From Alphaproteobacteria bacterium (lineage in GTDB: Bacteria; Pseudomonadota; Alphaproteobacteria; CAISOG01), in NCBI GenBank assembly GCA_044375625.1, contig JBILMH010000004.1, positions 1 to 61,844 on the forward strand: 61,844 bases of DNA, read 5' to 3'. Positions 1-9,103 of the stretch are shown piece by piece. Each line of letters opens with the position of its first letter. Within the stretch, counting starts at the first letter, position 1. The notes under the pieces are model-generated. The model saw only the letters and a list, made by a program, of their open reading frames with translations, did not search any database and was not told the origin of the DNA. A program made the translations under genes and the position numbers.

Positions 1-242
1 TCCGTAATGCCGCGGTGCCCGACCTCAATATCATACAAAAATTGCGGGATGATGCCGATAACTTCGGCGCCCGCCGCCATCGCCGCATCGGCGCTCATGC
101 CCATCAGACCCGTGTTGCCGCCGCCATAGATCATTTTCAGGCCAAGCTGGCCAATCGCCTTGCCCGTTTCCTCAGCCACCCGCCCATGGCTGGGCTTGTT
201 GGGGCCCTTAGAGCCACAGTAAACGCAAATGGATTTGATCAT
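1..242 (-). CDS. LOG family (TIGR00730-type) nucleotide-binding protein, N-terminal part; C-terminus lies beyond the window edge
   Basis: Hand translation of the minus strand from the ATG at 242-240 gives MIKSICVYCGSKGPNKPSHGRVAEETGKAIGQLGLKMIYGGGNTGLMGMSADAAMAAGAEVIGIIPQF... The VYCGS start and GGGxxGLMG motif are typical of LOG/lysine-decarboxylase-like proteins. The listed + ORF 15..263 is its antisense shadow. Confidence 0.7.
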   Translation of the reverse strand, partial: MIKSICVYCGSKGPNKPSHGRVAEETGKAIGQLGLKMIYGGGNTGLMGMSADAAMAAGAEVIGIIPQFLYDIEVGHRGIT

Positions 243-337
243 GGAGTTTTCCCAACGGCCTAAAGCTTAAAATCGCCAAGCTAGCCTGATTTGGGCAAAA
301 AGCACAAGCAAAAGCTGGGCGGCAGCAGACGAAAAGA

Positions 338-1216
338 TTAAGATTGGTTACGATTAAGCGGGGTTTTGGGGCGGCGCAACATCTTGCGCGTTATCGGGAA
401 CAACAGCGGATAGGGCAACAGGCGCAGCAGCTTCATGATCCAAGTCAGGCGGCGTGGCATGGTGATTTCAAAGCGGTTGCTGCCCATCGCGGCCACAATT
501 CGCCTTGCCGCCTCATCCGCGGGAATCCGAAACGGCATCGGGAAATCGTTGCGATCGGTCATCGGCGTGGCGATAAAGCCAGGGCATATCAGCTGCATCT
601 TAATCGCCATCAACTCCAACTCTGGCTTCAACGATTCGGCCAGGTTAATCAGCGCGGCCTTAGTCGCGCCATAGGCGGCGGCGTTGGGCATGCCGACATA
701 GCCCGCGACGGAGGAAACGATGGCAATATGGCCAGAGCCTTGCGCCTGCAACTGGGGCAACAGAGCGCTAAGGCCATGCACCACCCCCATCAGATTGACT
801 TCGACGGTGTAACGAAACTTGTGGGCATCCCAATCGGGCGCGCCAAAGGCGGCGTAGTCCCCCGCGTTCAGCATGGCATAGTCGATACGGCCAAAACGCT
901 TCACCACCTCCGCCACCACCGCCTGGTTGGCGGCATCGTCGGTGACATCCAGGGCAATAGGGTGCAACCGATTGGCCAGCTGGGCATTCGCCCCCGCCAC
1001 CGCCTGCAACTTCTCCAAGCTGCGGCCGCTGATGACCACCTGCCAGCCTTGGCGCGCCAACTCGGTGGCCACGGCGGCGCCAATACCACTGCCGCCCCCT
1101 GTTATCCAGGCAATTTTGTCGGCGTTACTGGGCACGGCTGGACTCCTTGGTTGGGCGGATAAAATACAACGCGCCGCCATAATAGACTTGGGCGCTGTTG
1201 GTGGGCGCGCCGACAA
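338..1216 (-). CDS. Short-chain dehydrogenase/reductase (SDR) family oxidoreductase
   Basis: TGGGSGIG Rossmann motif and YGATKAAL (YxxxK) active-site motif. The full ORF overlaps the upstream gene by 92 nt, so the true start is probably internal (ATG at 1180 or GTG at 1135). Confidence 0.85.
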   Translation of the reverse strand: MSARPPTAPKSIMAARCILSAQPRSPAVPSNADKIAWITGGGSGIGAAVATELARQGWQVVISGRSLEKLQAVAGANAQLANRLHPIALDVTDDAANQAVVAEVVKRFGRIDYAMLNAGDYAAFGAPDWDAHKFRYTVEVNLMGVVHGLSALLPQLQAQGSGHIAIVSSVAGYVGMPNAAAYGATKAALINLAESLKPELELMAIKMQLICPGFIATPMTDRNDFPMPFRIPADEAARRIVAAMGSNRFEITMPRRLTWIMKLLRLLPYPLLFPITRKMLRRPKTPLNRNQS

Positions 1217-2612
1217 TCACTTGGTCGCCCGCAAAGGCCAGAGCGCGGCCAAAGCGCAAATCCTTGGCCACGTCATTGGCAATAAAGCTGGCCTTTTGCT
1301 GCCATTTGCCTGTGCTTTCAACCCGATCAAACAGATAGACCGCGCCAATATCGCTTTGCGCCATGCCAATGCCCTTTTTGAAGGGGGCACTGACCAGGAT
1401 GCGGTTGTTATCCAGGCGAATTTTGCTGCCAAACCCCTCATCCGCCTCACCCTTTTCGGGGGTCAACCGCCCCGTTATCGACCATGAGCCGTCGGCGGCC
1501 TGGCTGTAGAGATAGACCGCACCGGTCGCCTGCCCCTGCACGCTGTCACGGGTCGCACCGATGGCCAACAAGGTTCCCTTGGCGTTGGACAACACATCAA
1601 TGCTGCGGGCAAAGCCACTTTGGCCGCGTCCTTCGGGGGGATCAATCCGACTTATCAGCGGGCGATTCGGCTTAGACAAATCGTAGATCAGTACCGCCCC
1701 CGCTGGCTCCTTGTCACTAAAGCCGCCGCCAACCGCGATGAACAGCTTGTTGCCCGCCAAGGCCAGCTGTTGGCCAAAGGCACTAGCATCAACCCCTGCT
1801 GGTGGGGCAATCACCCCATCCTCTGTCCACAGTTGTTTGCCGGCATCCAGTTTGAACAGGGTTACCCCACTGCTGCTGCTTTGTTTTTGATCGCGTGGGC
1901 TGGAACTGACCGCCAGCCATTGGTCGCTAAGGGCAAGAGCGGCGCCAAAGCCGATCTGATTCACGCGGCCAGGGGGGGTCAGCACCTGACTCTCCTCCCA
2001 CTTGGGGGATGACAGCAAATCTAGGCTGGCGCGTTGCCGCTTAAACACATACACCCGCCCCTGCATATCCTCAGGCTTGTTGTCAGCGGTCACCCCCTGA
2101 CTATGGGCGGCGCCCGATACGATAAACTGGTCGGTTACCGCCATCGCCCCGCCGAAAAAGTCCAAATGGGTGCGGTCTTTCGGCACCACCCGCGCTACCT
2201 GGCTCCAGCTGCCATCGCTGTTGGCGTGGTAAACCCCCAGGGAGGGATCGCTGTTGGCCTTAGGGTCGGCGTAGGTCATCACCACCATCAGATCCCGCAA
2301 CATCTGCACCTCCACCCCAAACTGGCCGCCACTGACGGGAACAGCGGGCAGCATGCGGCGCATCACAAAGGCACCATCATGGTTGCAGACATGATCGGGC
2401 TGATCCTTCAACAAAAAACTGGCGGGGCAGGGTTGACCATTGCTGTCCAGCTTGCTCACCAAATCGGGCAGGCGGGGCAAATCCTTACGCTCCTCAGCCT
2501 TATATTGGGCAAAGGCAGGGCTATGGACGCCGCCAAGCATCAGCAGGCTAAGGCCGAGTAACAGGAATTTGAATCGGGCAGACTGGCGGGGCAGGGCAAG
2601 ATTGGTCAGCAT
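1125..2612 (-). CDS. Secreted FG-GAP-like repeat (beta-propeller) protein
   Basis: Signal-like N-terminus (FLLLGLSLLMLGGVHSPAFAQ). It is followed by repeated FG..A(L/V)......(I/V)(G/S)A units: FGGAMAVTDQFIVSGA, FGAALALSDQWLAVSS, FGQQLALAGNKLFIAV, FGSKIRLDNNRILVSAP, FGRALAFAGDQVIVGAP. Confidence 0.65.
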   Translation of the reverse strand: MLTNLALPRQSARFKFLLLGLSLLMLGGVHSPAFAQYKAEERKDLPRLPDLVSKLDSNGQPCPASFLLKDQPDHVCNHDGAFVMRRMLPAVPVSGGQFGVEVQMLRDLMVVMTYADPKANSDPSLGVYHANSDGSWSQVARVVPKDRTHLDFFGGAMAVTDQFIVSGAAHSQGVTADNKPEDMQGRVYVFKRQRASLDLLSSPKWEESQVLTPPGRVNQIGFGAALALSDQWLAVSSSPRDQKQSSSSGVTLFKLDAGKQLWTEDGVIAPPAGVDASAFGQQLALAGNKLFIAVGGGFSDKEPAGAVLIYDLSKPNRPLISRIDPPEGRGQSGFARSIDVLSNAKGTLLAIGATRDSVQGQATGAVYLYSQAADGSWSITGRLTPEKGEADEGFGSKIRLDNNRILVSAPFKKGIGMAQSDIGAVYLFDRVESTGKWQQKASFIANDVAKDLRFGRALAFAGDQVIVGAPTNSAQVYYGGALYFIRPTKESSRAQ

Positions 2613-2873
2613 CGGGCAACCTTCTTAGGCAGGGAAAATTGGCATAACACCCTTCTTGGTTTAGGCTACCACGCGGCCAATCGCAAGCGGGGATAACAAC
2701 ATGGGCGCGGCACAACAACGCCAGCATGATAACGACGGCATGGTAACGACGGCATGCTCTAGCCCCACGGCAGCGCGACTGATAAAACAGCTGAGGCCTT
2801 GCCCGCGTACCCACCCCTATTGCCCTCGCTATTATGCCATACTGCACCATGACCCAACCAACTCTATCCGCCC

Positions 2874-3965
2874 ATGCCTAAGCTGTTCATCATCGGTTTT
2901 GGCTACAGCGCTGGCTTTTTGGCTAAGGAACTGGTGCCGCAGGGCTGGCAGGTGGTTGGCACCCGCCGCAGCCCGTCCACCCCAAGTCACCACCTGTTGG
3001 GGTCGGATGATTCGGATGATAGCGTGCCTATTCTGGCCTATCCGGCGGGCAATCAGGCCATACCACCAGCGCTGCTGGATGAATTGCCGACGGCCAGCCA
3101 CCTGTTGATTACGGTGCCGCCCACCGCCGATGGGTGCCCCGTCGCGCATGATTTTGCCAGCCTATCCCTATCCCTGCCCGCCTTGCGCTGGATCGGCTAT
3201 TGCTCCGCCACCAATGTTTATGGCGATCATGGCGGCGATTGGGTTGATGAAGACAGCCCTTGCAAGGCTAAGCCTGGCAGTCGGGGGGGCAATCGCCTGC
3301 TGGCGGAGCAACAGTGGCGGCAGTTGGCGGCCGATAAAGGCTGGCCAGCCCCTATTATCTTTCGCCTGGCGGGCATCTATGGCCCAGGTCGCAGCGCGCT
3401 GGATCGGGTGGCGCGGGCTATTGCCCTGCAGGATGATAGCCAGTTGGTGCAGGATGAGCCGCTGGATAGTCAGTTGGTTTCAGTGCCAGCAGGTGGCCTT
3501 CCCCCCGCATCCGACAATCTGCCGCCGATTGGCTCAGGCGCCATGGTATCGCGGATTCATGTGGTGGATATAGCGCGCCTGATAGCCGCCAGCATGATGC
3601 AGCAATCCTGCAACCCACCCCCGCACACCAGCCAAAAGGCGGCCTATAAAATCTATAATGTGGCCGACAGCCTGCCCGCCCCAACCGATACAGTGCTGGC
3701 CTATGCCGCCAGCCTGTTGGGGCATTCGGTGCCGGCCAGCCTGTTAGGGCATGGGTTGGATAATCGCCCGCCGACAGCCTCCGCCAGTATCGAATCCAAA
3801 AAAGTCGATGGTCAGCGTATCTTGCAAGAGCTGAACGCTACGCTATGCTATCCCAGTTATCGTGAAGGATTGCAGGCTATTTCCGCCCAAAACACTTGTG
3901 CCCAAGCTGTTGCCGACAAACCCACCTTAATCCCAACAATCCCTTTCCCACCCTCTTTCTCTTAA
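2874..3965 (+). CDS. NAD(P)-binding epimerase/dehydratase-like (extended SDR) protein with Pro/Ser-rich inserts
   Basis: Rossmann-like start MPKLFIIGFGYSAGFLAKEL, then NVYGDHGGDWVDEDSP and LAGIYGPGR as in NAD-dependent epimerase-like proteins. Confidence 0.6.
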   Translation: MPKLFIIGFGYSAGFLAKELVPQGWQVVGTRRSPSTPSHHLLGSDDSDDSVPILAYPAGNQAIPPALLDELPTASHLLITVPPTADGCPVAHDFASLSLSLPALRWIGYCSATNVYGDHGGDWVDEDSPCKAKPGSRGGNRLLAEQQWRQLAADKGWPAPIIFRLAGIYGPGRSALDRVARAIALQDDSQLVQDEPLDSQLVSVPAGGLPPASDNLPPIGSGAMVSRIHVVDIARLIAASMMQQSCNPPPHTSQKAAYKIYNVADSLPAPTDTVLAYAASLLGHSVPASLLGHGLDNRPPTASASIESKKVDGQRILQELNATLCYPSYREGLQAISAQNTCAQAVADKPTLIPTIPFPPSFS

Positions 3966-3975
3966 GGGCTAAACG

Positions 3976-5136
3976 ATGACCTATCGGATATTGCAAGTTC
4001 TGCCCCAACTGGATAGCCGTGGGGGTGGCGTTCAGCGCGGTACGCTGGATCTGGCGGGCGCCCTGGTTAAGGCAGGTTGGCAATCGATGGTAGCCTCAGC
4101 GGGGGGTGATCATGTGCCAGGCCTGGTACGGGCGGGCAGCTTGCACTTTACCCTGCCGCTGGCCAGCAAGAATCCCTGGCGGATGTGGCGCAACGCCGCC
4201 GCCCTGGCACGCCTAATCCGCCAACACGATATCGCCCTGGTGCATGCGCGCAGCCGTGCCCCCGCCTGGAGCGCCTATTGGGCTTGTCGCCGCACGGGCG
4301 TGCCACTGGTCACCACCTTTCATGGCTCCTATAGCCACCAAAATCGGCTAAAGCGTCGCTATAACGCGGTGATGACCTTTGGCCAACGGGTGATTGCGAT
4401 ATCCGGCTATATCCGCGACCATATTCAGCAGATTTACGGCACCCATCCCGCCAAAATTCGGGTGATTCAGCGTGGGGTCAATCTGGATCAATTCGATCCG
4501 GCTAAGGTGACGGCGAGACGGATGGTGCAGCTGACCAAGGATTGGCGATTGCCCGACGGGGCACCCGTCATCATGTTGCCAGGCCGATTGACGCGGTGGA
4601 AGGGGCAGCTGTTGTTGTTAGAGGCTTTGGCGCAACTGAACCGCCCCGACCTGTGTTGTGTGTTGGTGGGCGATGATGAGGGGCGATCGGCCTATCGCCA
4701 AGAAGTGATAAGTCGGATTCAGGAATTGGGTCTGTCGGAACAGGTGAAACTGGTTGGCCGCTGCCAGGATATGCCTGCCGCCTATCGCCTGGCCGATGTG
4801 GTGGTGGTGCCATCGCTGGATCCCGAAGCCTTTGGCCGCACGATGGCTGAGGGGATGGCGATGGGGTGCATGGTGGTTGCCGCAGATCACGGTGCCGCGC
4901 CAGAGGTTTTGGGGCATGGGCAATATGGATGGTTGTTTCCCCCAGGTGATGCCCCGGCGATGGCGGAGGCAATGGCCAAAGCGTTGAGTCTTAGCACCGC
5001 TGATCGTGTCAAAATGGCTGGGGCAAATCAGGCTTTTGTTGCCAAGCATTTTGGCCTGACCCAAATGGCGGCGCAAACCATGGCGGTGTATGAGGAGTTG
5101 ATCAACCCGTTGGCCAGCCTACAGAAGGCTGCATAA
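3976..5136 (+). CDS. Glycosyltransferase family 4 (GT-B fold)
   Basis: C-terminal EAFGRTMAEGMAMGCMVVAADHGAAPEV (E-x7-E type motif) and N-terminal GGGVQRGTLDLA, as in GT4 enzymes. Confidence 0.8.
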   Translation: MTYRILQVLPQLDSRGGGVQRGTLDLAGALVKAGWQSMVASAGGDHVPGLVRAGSLHFTLPLASKNPWRMWRNAAALARLIRQHDIALVHARSRAPAWSAYWACRRTGVPLVTTFHGSYSHQNRLKRRYNAVMTFGQRVIAISGYIRDHIQQIYGTHPAKIRVIQRGVNLDQFDPAKVTARRMVQLTKDWRLPDGAPVIMLPGRLTRWKGQLLLLEALAQLNRPDLCCVLVGDDEGRSAYRQEVISRIQELGLSEQVKLVGRCQDMPAAYRLADVVVVPSLDPEAFGRTMAEGMAMGCMVVAADHGAAPEVLGHGQYGWLFPPGDAPAMAEAMAKALSLSTADRVKMAGANQAFVAKHFGLTQMAAQTMAVYEELINPLASLQKAA

Positions 5137-5146
5137 CAGGGAGCTG

Positions 5147-5165
5147 GAGGCGCCTTAGCGTGATT
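5147..5165 (+). repeat. Left copy of an imperfect 19-bp direct repeat (gaggcgccttagcgtgatt) bounding the kinase-like island
   Basis: Matches 9050-9068 (gaagcgcctaagcgtgata) at 16 of 19 positions. It lies directly after the GT4 stop codon and overlaps the stop of ORF 5155..5766. Confidence 0.45.
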
Positions 5166-5766
5166 GGCGGGCAGATACCGCCCTTTTGCTGGCCAATTTT
5201 ACAATTTTGTTGGCCGCGTTATTGGCCGCATTCGCCTCTCCACCATTTTCGGATGCAACCACCGCCGACACAACTTCAGGAGCGGGCAATAAATCATTAG
5301 CAAAGTCACTGGGCAGTTCGGGTAAGGAGGGAAGATCCTGAGCCAAGACATCACTGTTATAAAATTCCTGGGCATTTGCCATATTTTGGTTGGCCGCGCC
5401 CTCATTCCCCTTGGTTCCCCGCTCACCAAACAGCCCCAAAGTCCATTCTGGCAATACGCTGAACAACAGGCGTTTAGCAACCTTGCGCAACCCCTGCATA
5501 TCTTTCAGATAACCGCGCAGTTCGGGGTGATCCGCCACCCCATGACCGCGCCGCATCACCTCACATTGCAACAACACCAGATAGGCGTTCAGCCGCATGG
5601 AATCGATTTGCGCATGATAATCGGAACGGCCATTGGAAAAGGGCAAGGCGGCCGATTGATTCGTTACATCCAGAATAAATTGCCACAAGGTCTCATTGGA
5701 ATGGGCACGCATGTCCACCTCAATCGCATGCATCCAAAGTCTAGAAGTGGTAAATGGAGTACCCAT
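5155..5766 (-). CDS. Hypothetical protein with acidic/Asn-Ala-rich C-terminal tail
   Basis: 203-aa ORF with no competing frame and no motif I recognise. It is divergent from the kinase-like gene across an AT-rich 315-bp spacer. Confidence 0.55.
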   Translation of the reverse strand: MGTPFTTSRLWMHAIEVDMRAHSNETLWQFILDVTNQSAALPFSNGRSDYHAQIDSMRLNAYLVLLQCEVMRRGHGVADHPELRGYLKDMQGLRKVAKRLLFSVLPEWTLGLFGERGTKGNEGAANQNMANAQEFYNSDVLAQDLPSLPELPSDFANDLLPAPEVVSAVVASENGGEANAANNAANKIVKLASKRAVSARQSR

Positions 5767-5945
5767 GAAGCGGACGAAGGCTCCCTATGTGGTTAAGCAA
5801 TAAACCTAAAGTATTCTATATTAGTTAGAGGGGGCATGGTTCTGTCAACAAGATTTTAACATTTCCTTAAGATTTTCTGATGGTTTGAGGGTATAAAGCC
5901 CAGTGCACCCCCATAAACCAGGGGTTTGCACAGATTCAATAGCCA

Positions 5946-5975
5946 ATGCCCCTGTAAGAAATGCCCCCATAAGAA
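5946..5975 (+). repeat. Two tandem 15-bp direct repeats (atgcccctgtaagaa / atgcccccataagaa) in the divergent intergenic region
   Basis: Read directly from the sequence; 13/15 identical. Candidate operator for the flanking divergent genes. Confidence 0.5.
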
Positions 5976-6081
5976 ATGGTGGTCTGCCTGGCCATCGAAG
6001 GCCTCTTTAAGGATCTTTTCATGTTAACGCGCTATTCTGACCAAAGTCGGGGTGTATGTAGCAGCCTGTGTTGAGGTTAGG

Positions 6082-8418
6082 ATGAACCAGCGTATCGATA
6101 ACAACCAAAGTCCAGGATCGGCGCCAGAGAGGTGGACTGCTGGTGGTATGTCCGCTGGTCAACTGCCGCCCACGGCCTTAGGTAGTCCCGCAACCATCGA
6201 CAATCAAGGCAACAGCTTATCCAACACTGGGGGTGAACAGACGGGTGGGGCAATGGCGACTGATTCGGAACGTTCCTACACCCTTTCTGCTGGCGATCAC
6301 GATGCGGATTGGTTGGCTGAGGAGGCTGCCCTATTAGCGCAAAATGATGCGCAAGCCATTGAAGCCATCGATGCTCCAGAGATCCGCAATCCGATTGATT
6401 TTGTCATGGCGTCTTCCCGGCCAGTTGTCATCAATCTCAAGAAAAATTTTCGGGTGCTGGCACACCGCCCCTTACCTTTGTTTGATTCACCCTCCGCAAA
6501 AGCTTTTGAAGCATTGCATGTGCGGGATCGGGAACGAAAATATTACGCGTTGGTCAGCGACACACAAATTCCGCCAAGGGTGAATATGGTGTTGGGATTA
6601 ATGAACAGTGGAGTTCATGGATTGGTTTGCCCGAAGGATTGGGGGGTGATTGAATGGATCGGAGGCAAGCTGTGCTATGCGATTATTATGGAACAGCCAG
6701 GCACCAAAAGACTTGTGCGGGATTTGGCCGACACCTTTGTGCCCATCAGTGATAAGATGGTCAGCCGGTCGTTGTTGGCACCAGCCTATACGATGTTGTC
6801 AGAACTGGCATCGCGTGGGTATACCCATCGCGCGCTGCGCCTGACCAACATGTTTCTGAACGATGGCGCGGAAGCCTCTGTTGTTTTTGGAGAATGTTAC
6901 AGCAAGGTGCCAGGCTTTGATCAGCCCGCCGTTTTCGAACCAATCGAAAGCGCCCTGTGTCATCCAATTGCACGGGGTGAGGGGGGGATAAGTGATGATA
7001 TTTATGCCTTAGGGGTGTGTTTAGGAATTCTACTATGCGGCTACAACCCCTTTAATGGGCTGAGCGCGCAACAAATCATCGATCGCAAAATGACCATGGG
7101 CAGCTTTAATGCCTTAATGGGGCACGCCCGCGTTTCCCCGATGATGATGGAACCTCTTAGGGGTATGCTGGCCGATTCCCATAAGAATCGTTGGGGCCTG
7201 CGAGAGCTGGATAACTGGTTGAATGGACGCCCATCCTCACCGCATACCGCTGTATCGCGTCCAAAAGCGGCGCGGGCATTTAAGTTTTTGGGTGAGCCGT
7301 ATTACAGTTTGCCACATTTGGCGATCGCCCTTGGAAGATATTGGACACAAGGAGTTGAAGAAGTTCTTAAAAAGCCCATGGGCATATGGTTAAAAAGAAG
7401 CGCTAATGACGAAGAAAAAGCAGAATCTTTTGAAAAACTTATCGCTCAAGCCCCCATGGAAGATTCTGTTTCGCACGATGTTGTATTAAGTCGTACCTGT
7501 AACATTATGTATCCAGACGGACCAATATTTTTCCGTGGCGTGAACTTTTTGCCAGACGGATTTAAAAACATTTTGTTTCTTTGCCTACAAGACAGCAACT
7601 TTTACCCAATTGTTCATGATGTTATCGAAAGGCGGTTGCTAAGTTATTGGCTTAATCGCCAATCTAGCTTGCCTCTACAATATATCAACACCATGGAAAG
7701 TGTGGCGACATGGAAGAAATTTCTGAACACCCATGGCTTGGGGTTTGGGCTTGAGCGGTGTTTGTATGAAGCCAATCCTGGCATGCTGTGTTTAAGCCCG
7801 CTTGTTTTTCAACACACCGTCACGGATCTTGTAAGCTTATTGCAAACAATGGATGAGCTTGCTGTATCACAGCCCGATTTCTCAAAAGTGATCTTGGATA
7901 CACATTTGGCGGGTTTTATTCTGGCTGGTCTTCGCAATACAGGGCTTGGCTTTGCCAAAATGATTAATTTTGAGGATGATGCCCAAAAGCGGTTGGGATG
8001 GCTGGGGCTGCTGTCGTTGATTCAGCAAAAAAGACGTATGGGCCCATTACCAAATCTGGCCGCCGCAATTTACCCATGGCTCGCTCCAATACTACAGCTT
8101 TTTCACAGTCATAGCCGGCAGAATAGAATTAAGGAAGAGTTAGAAAAAGCCGTAAAAAACGGCTCTTTGACTGGCATGATGGCAATTTTGCAGAACTATG
8201 TGGATATTTTGAATGACAAAAACGGATTTTACAGAGCTCGCTATGAGTACCATGCTCTAAAAATAAAGAATGAAGAAATTAATTTGAGCAATAAAAAAAA
8301 GTTAGAATCAAATATTCCTATTGGTCAGCAAATCGTAGCTTTTGTTGCAGGGGCTACCGCAGCAGTTTTTATGTTGGTAGTTATGTACAGGGAATATGGT
8401 TGGGAATTTTTTCTATAA
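6082..8418 (+). CDS. Protein-kinase-like protein (probably catalytically degenerate) with a long C-terminal extension and C-terminal TM anchor
   Basis: Kinase-like core: YTHRALRLTNMFL in place of HRDLKPxN, then VVFGECYS where DFG is expected, then DDIYALGVCLGILLCGYNPF (subdomain IX-like). C-terminal hydrophobic segment IVAFVAGATAAVFMLVVMY. The ATG at 6082 is preceded by GAGG; the ORF track start at 6052 is a GTG. Confidence 0.65.
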   Translation: MNQRIDNNQSPGSAPERWTAGGMSAGQLPPTALGSPATIDNQGNSLSNTGGEQTGGAMATDSERSYTLSAGDHDADWLAEEAALLAQNDAQAIEAIDAPEIRNPIDFVMASSRPVVINLKKNFRVLAHRPLPLFDSPSAKAFEALHVRDRERKYYALVSDTQIPPRVNMVLGLMNSGVHGLVCPKDWGVIEWIGGKLCYAIIMEQPGTKRLVRDLADTFVPISDKMVSRSLLAPAYTMLSELASRGYTHRALRLTNMFLNDGAEASVVFGECYSKVPGFDQPAVFEPIESALCHPIARGEGGISDDIYALGVCLGILLCGYNPFNGLSAQQIIDRKMTMGSFNALMGHARVSPMMMEPLRGMLADSHKNRWGLRELDNWLNGRPSSPHTAVSRPKAARAFKFLGEPYYSLPHLAIALGRYWTQGVEEVLKKPMGIWLKRSANDEEKAESFEKLIAQAPMEDSVSHDVVLSRTCNIMYPDGPIFFRGVNFLPDGFKNILFLCLQDSNFYPIVHDVIERRLLSYWLNRQSSLPLQYINTMESVATWKKFLNTHGLGFGLERCLYEANPGMLCLSPLVFQHTVTDLVSLLQTMDELAVSQPDFSKVILDTHLAGFILAGLRNTGLGFAKMINFEDDAQKRLGWLGLLSLIQQKRRMGPLPNLAAAIYPWLAPILQLFHSHSRQNRIKEELEKAVKNGSLTGMMAILQNYVDILNDKNGFYRARYEYHALKIKNEEINLSNKKKLESNIPIGQQIVAFVAGATAAVFMLVVMYREYGWEFFL

Positions 8419-8436
8419 ATAGATTAGGATAAAATT

Positions 8437-8949
8437 ATGTCAAAATCTGACAAAGCATCTAAAAATCAAAATTCTGTCAGGAAAAGAAATTCCTATTTAT
8501 GGCTAAGCTGGGCAATGATTTTGTCTTTAGTAATATTTTCGCCGGCTTCCTTACCGCTACTTGGTATCGGCATGTTGCCCAGCATCATCACGGCTATTTT
8601 TGATCGCAAACCACGCAAAACCGCGTTGCAAACCATTGCTTGCGCCAATTTTTGTGGCGTTATAATTTTCGCGGCAGATCTTTGGAAAAATGACAACAAT
8701 TTGGAATATTTGGAAACCATCTTGCAAAATCACCTGAATTGGCTGATTATGTACGGATCAGCGCTGATGGGGCTGATGGCCTATATTGTGATCCCCCTCA
8801 TTATTGCCCTGCTGTTGGATGCCAAAAGCAGCATCGAATCATCCGATCTTAAAAGACAGATGCAGGCGTTGCGCGATGAGTGGGGGCCCGAGGTGGCGGA
8901 GGAGAATCCAGAGGTCAAATTTATGCCCCTAATCGGCGTTGAAAAGTAA
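8437..8949 (+). CDS. Small integral membrane protein (about 4 TM segments), partner of the kinase-like gene
   Basis: Hydrophobic stretches LWLSWAMILSLVIFSPASLPLLGIGMLPSIITAIF, ALQTIACANFCGVIIFAADL and LNWLIMYGSALMGLMAYIVIPLIIALLL. It starts 18 nt after the kinase-like stop and has the same low G+C. Confidence 0.6.
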   Translation: MSKSDKASKNQNSVRKRNSYLWLSWAMILSLVIFSPASLPLLGIGMLPSIITAIFDRKPRKTALQTIACANFCGVIIFAADLWKNDNNLEYLETILQNHLNWLIMYGSALMGLMAYIVIPLIIALLLDAKSSIESSDLKRQMQALRDEWGPEVAEENPEVKFMPLIGVEK

Positions 8950-9049
8950 CAACGGCAGGACGGCTTGCGGCATTGATTTGCCTGTTCCAATTCTGTCTGC
9001 ACCACGACCAGTTTTTTTTGGATTGGCTGCCGCCAAGATAAACTTGCCT

Positions 9050-9068
9050 GAAGCGCCTAAGCGTGATA
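9050..9068 (+). repeat. Right copy of the imperfect 19-bp direct repeat bounding the kinase-like island
   Basis: gaagcgcctaagcgtgata, 16/19 identical to 5147-5165. Lies 35 nt upstream of the atpH start. Confidence 0.45.
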
Positions 9069-9103
9069 GCAAAGCGCAAAGATTTGGGAATGGTTAGGCC
9101 AAA

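Noticed and set aside
338-1216. A 92-nt overlap between the SDR gene and the upstream FG-GAP-like gene might be a programmed overlap.
   Set aside because: It is most simply an over-extended ORF. The internal starts at 1180 (ATG) or 1135 (GTG, just before the TGGGSGIG motif) reduce the overlap to 56 or 11 nt and give a normal SDR length.
5134-5150. taacagggagctggagg at the GT4 stop resembles the exact 19-bp repeat taacatcaggagctggagg of the tRNA-Ser cassette.
   Set aside because: The match is only partial: taaca, then a 2-nt gap and one mismatch, then gagctggagg. A 10-mer plus a short anchor can arise by chance in a window this size, and the GGAG-rich core is also Shine-Dalgarno-like. I noted it but do not claim a third att copy.
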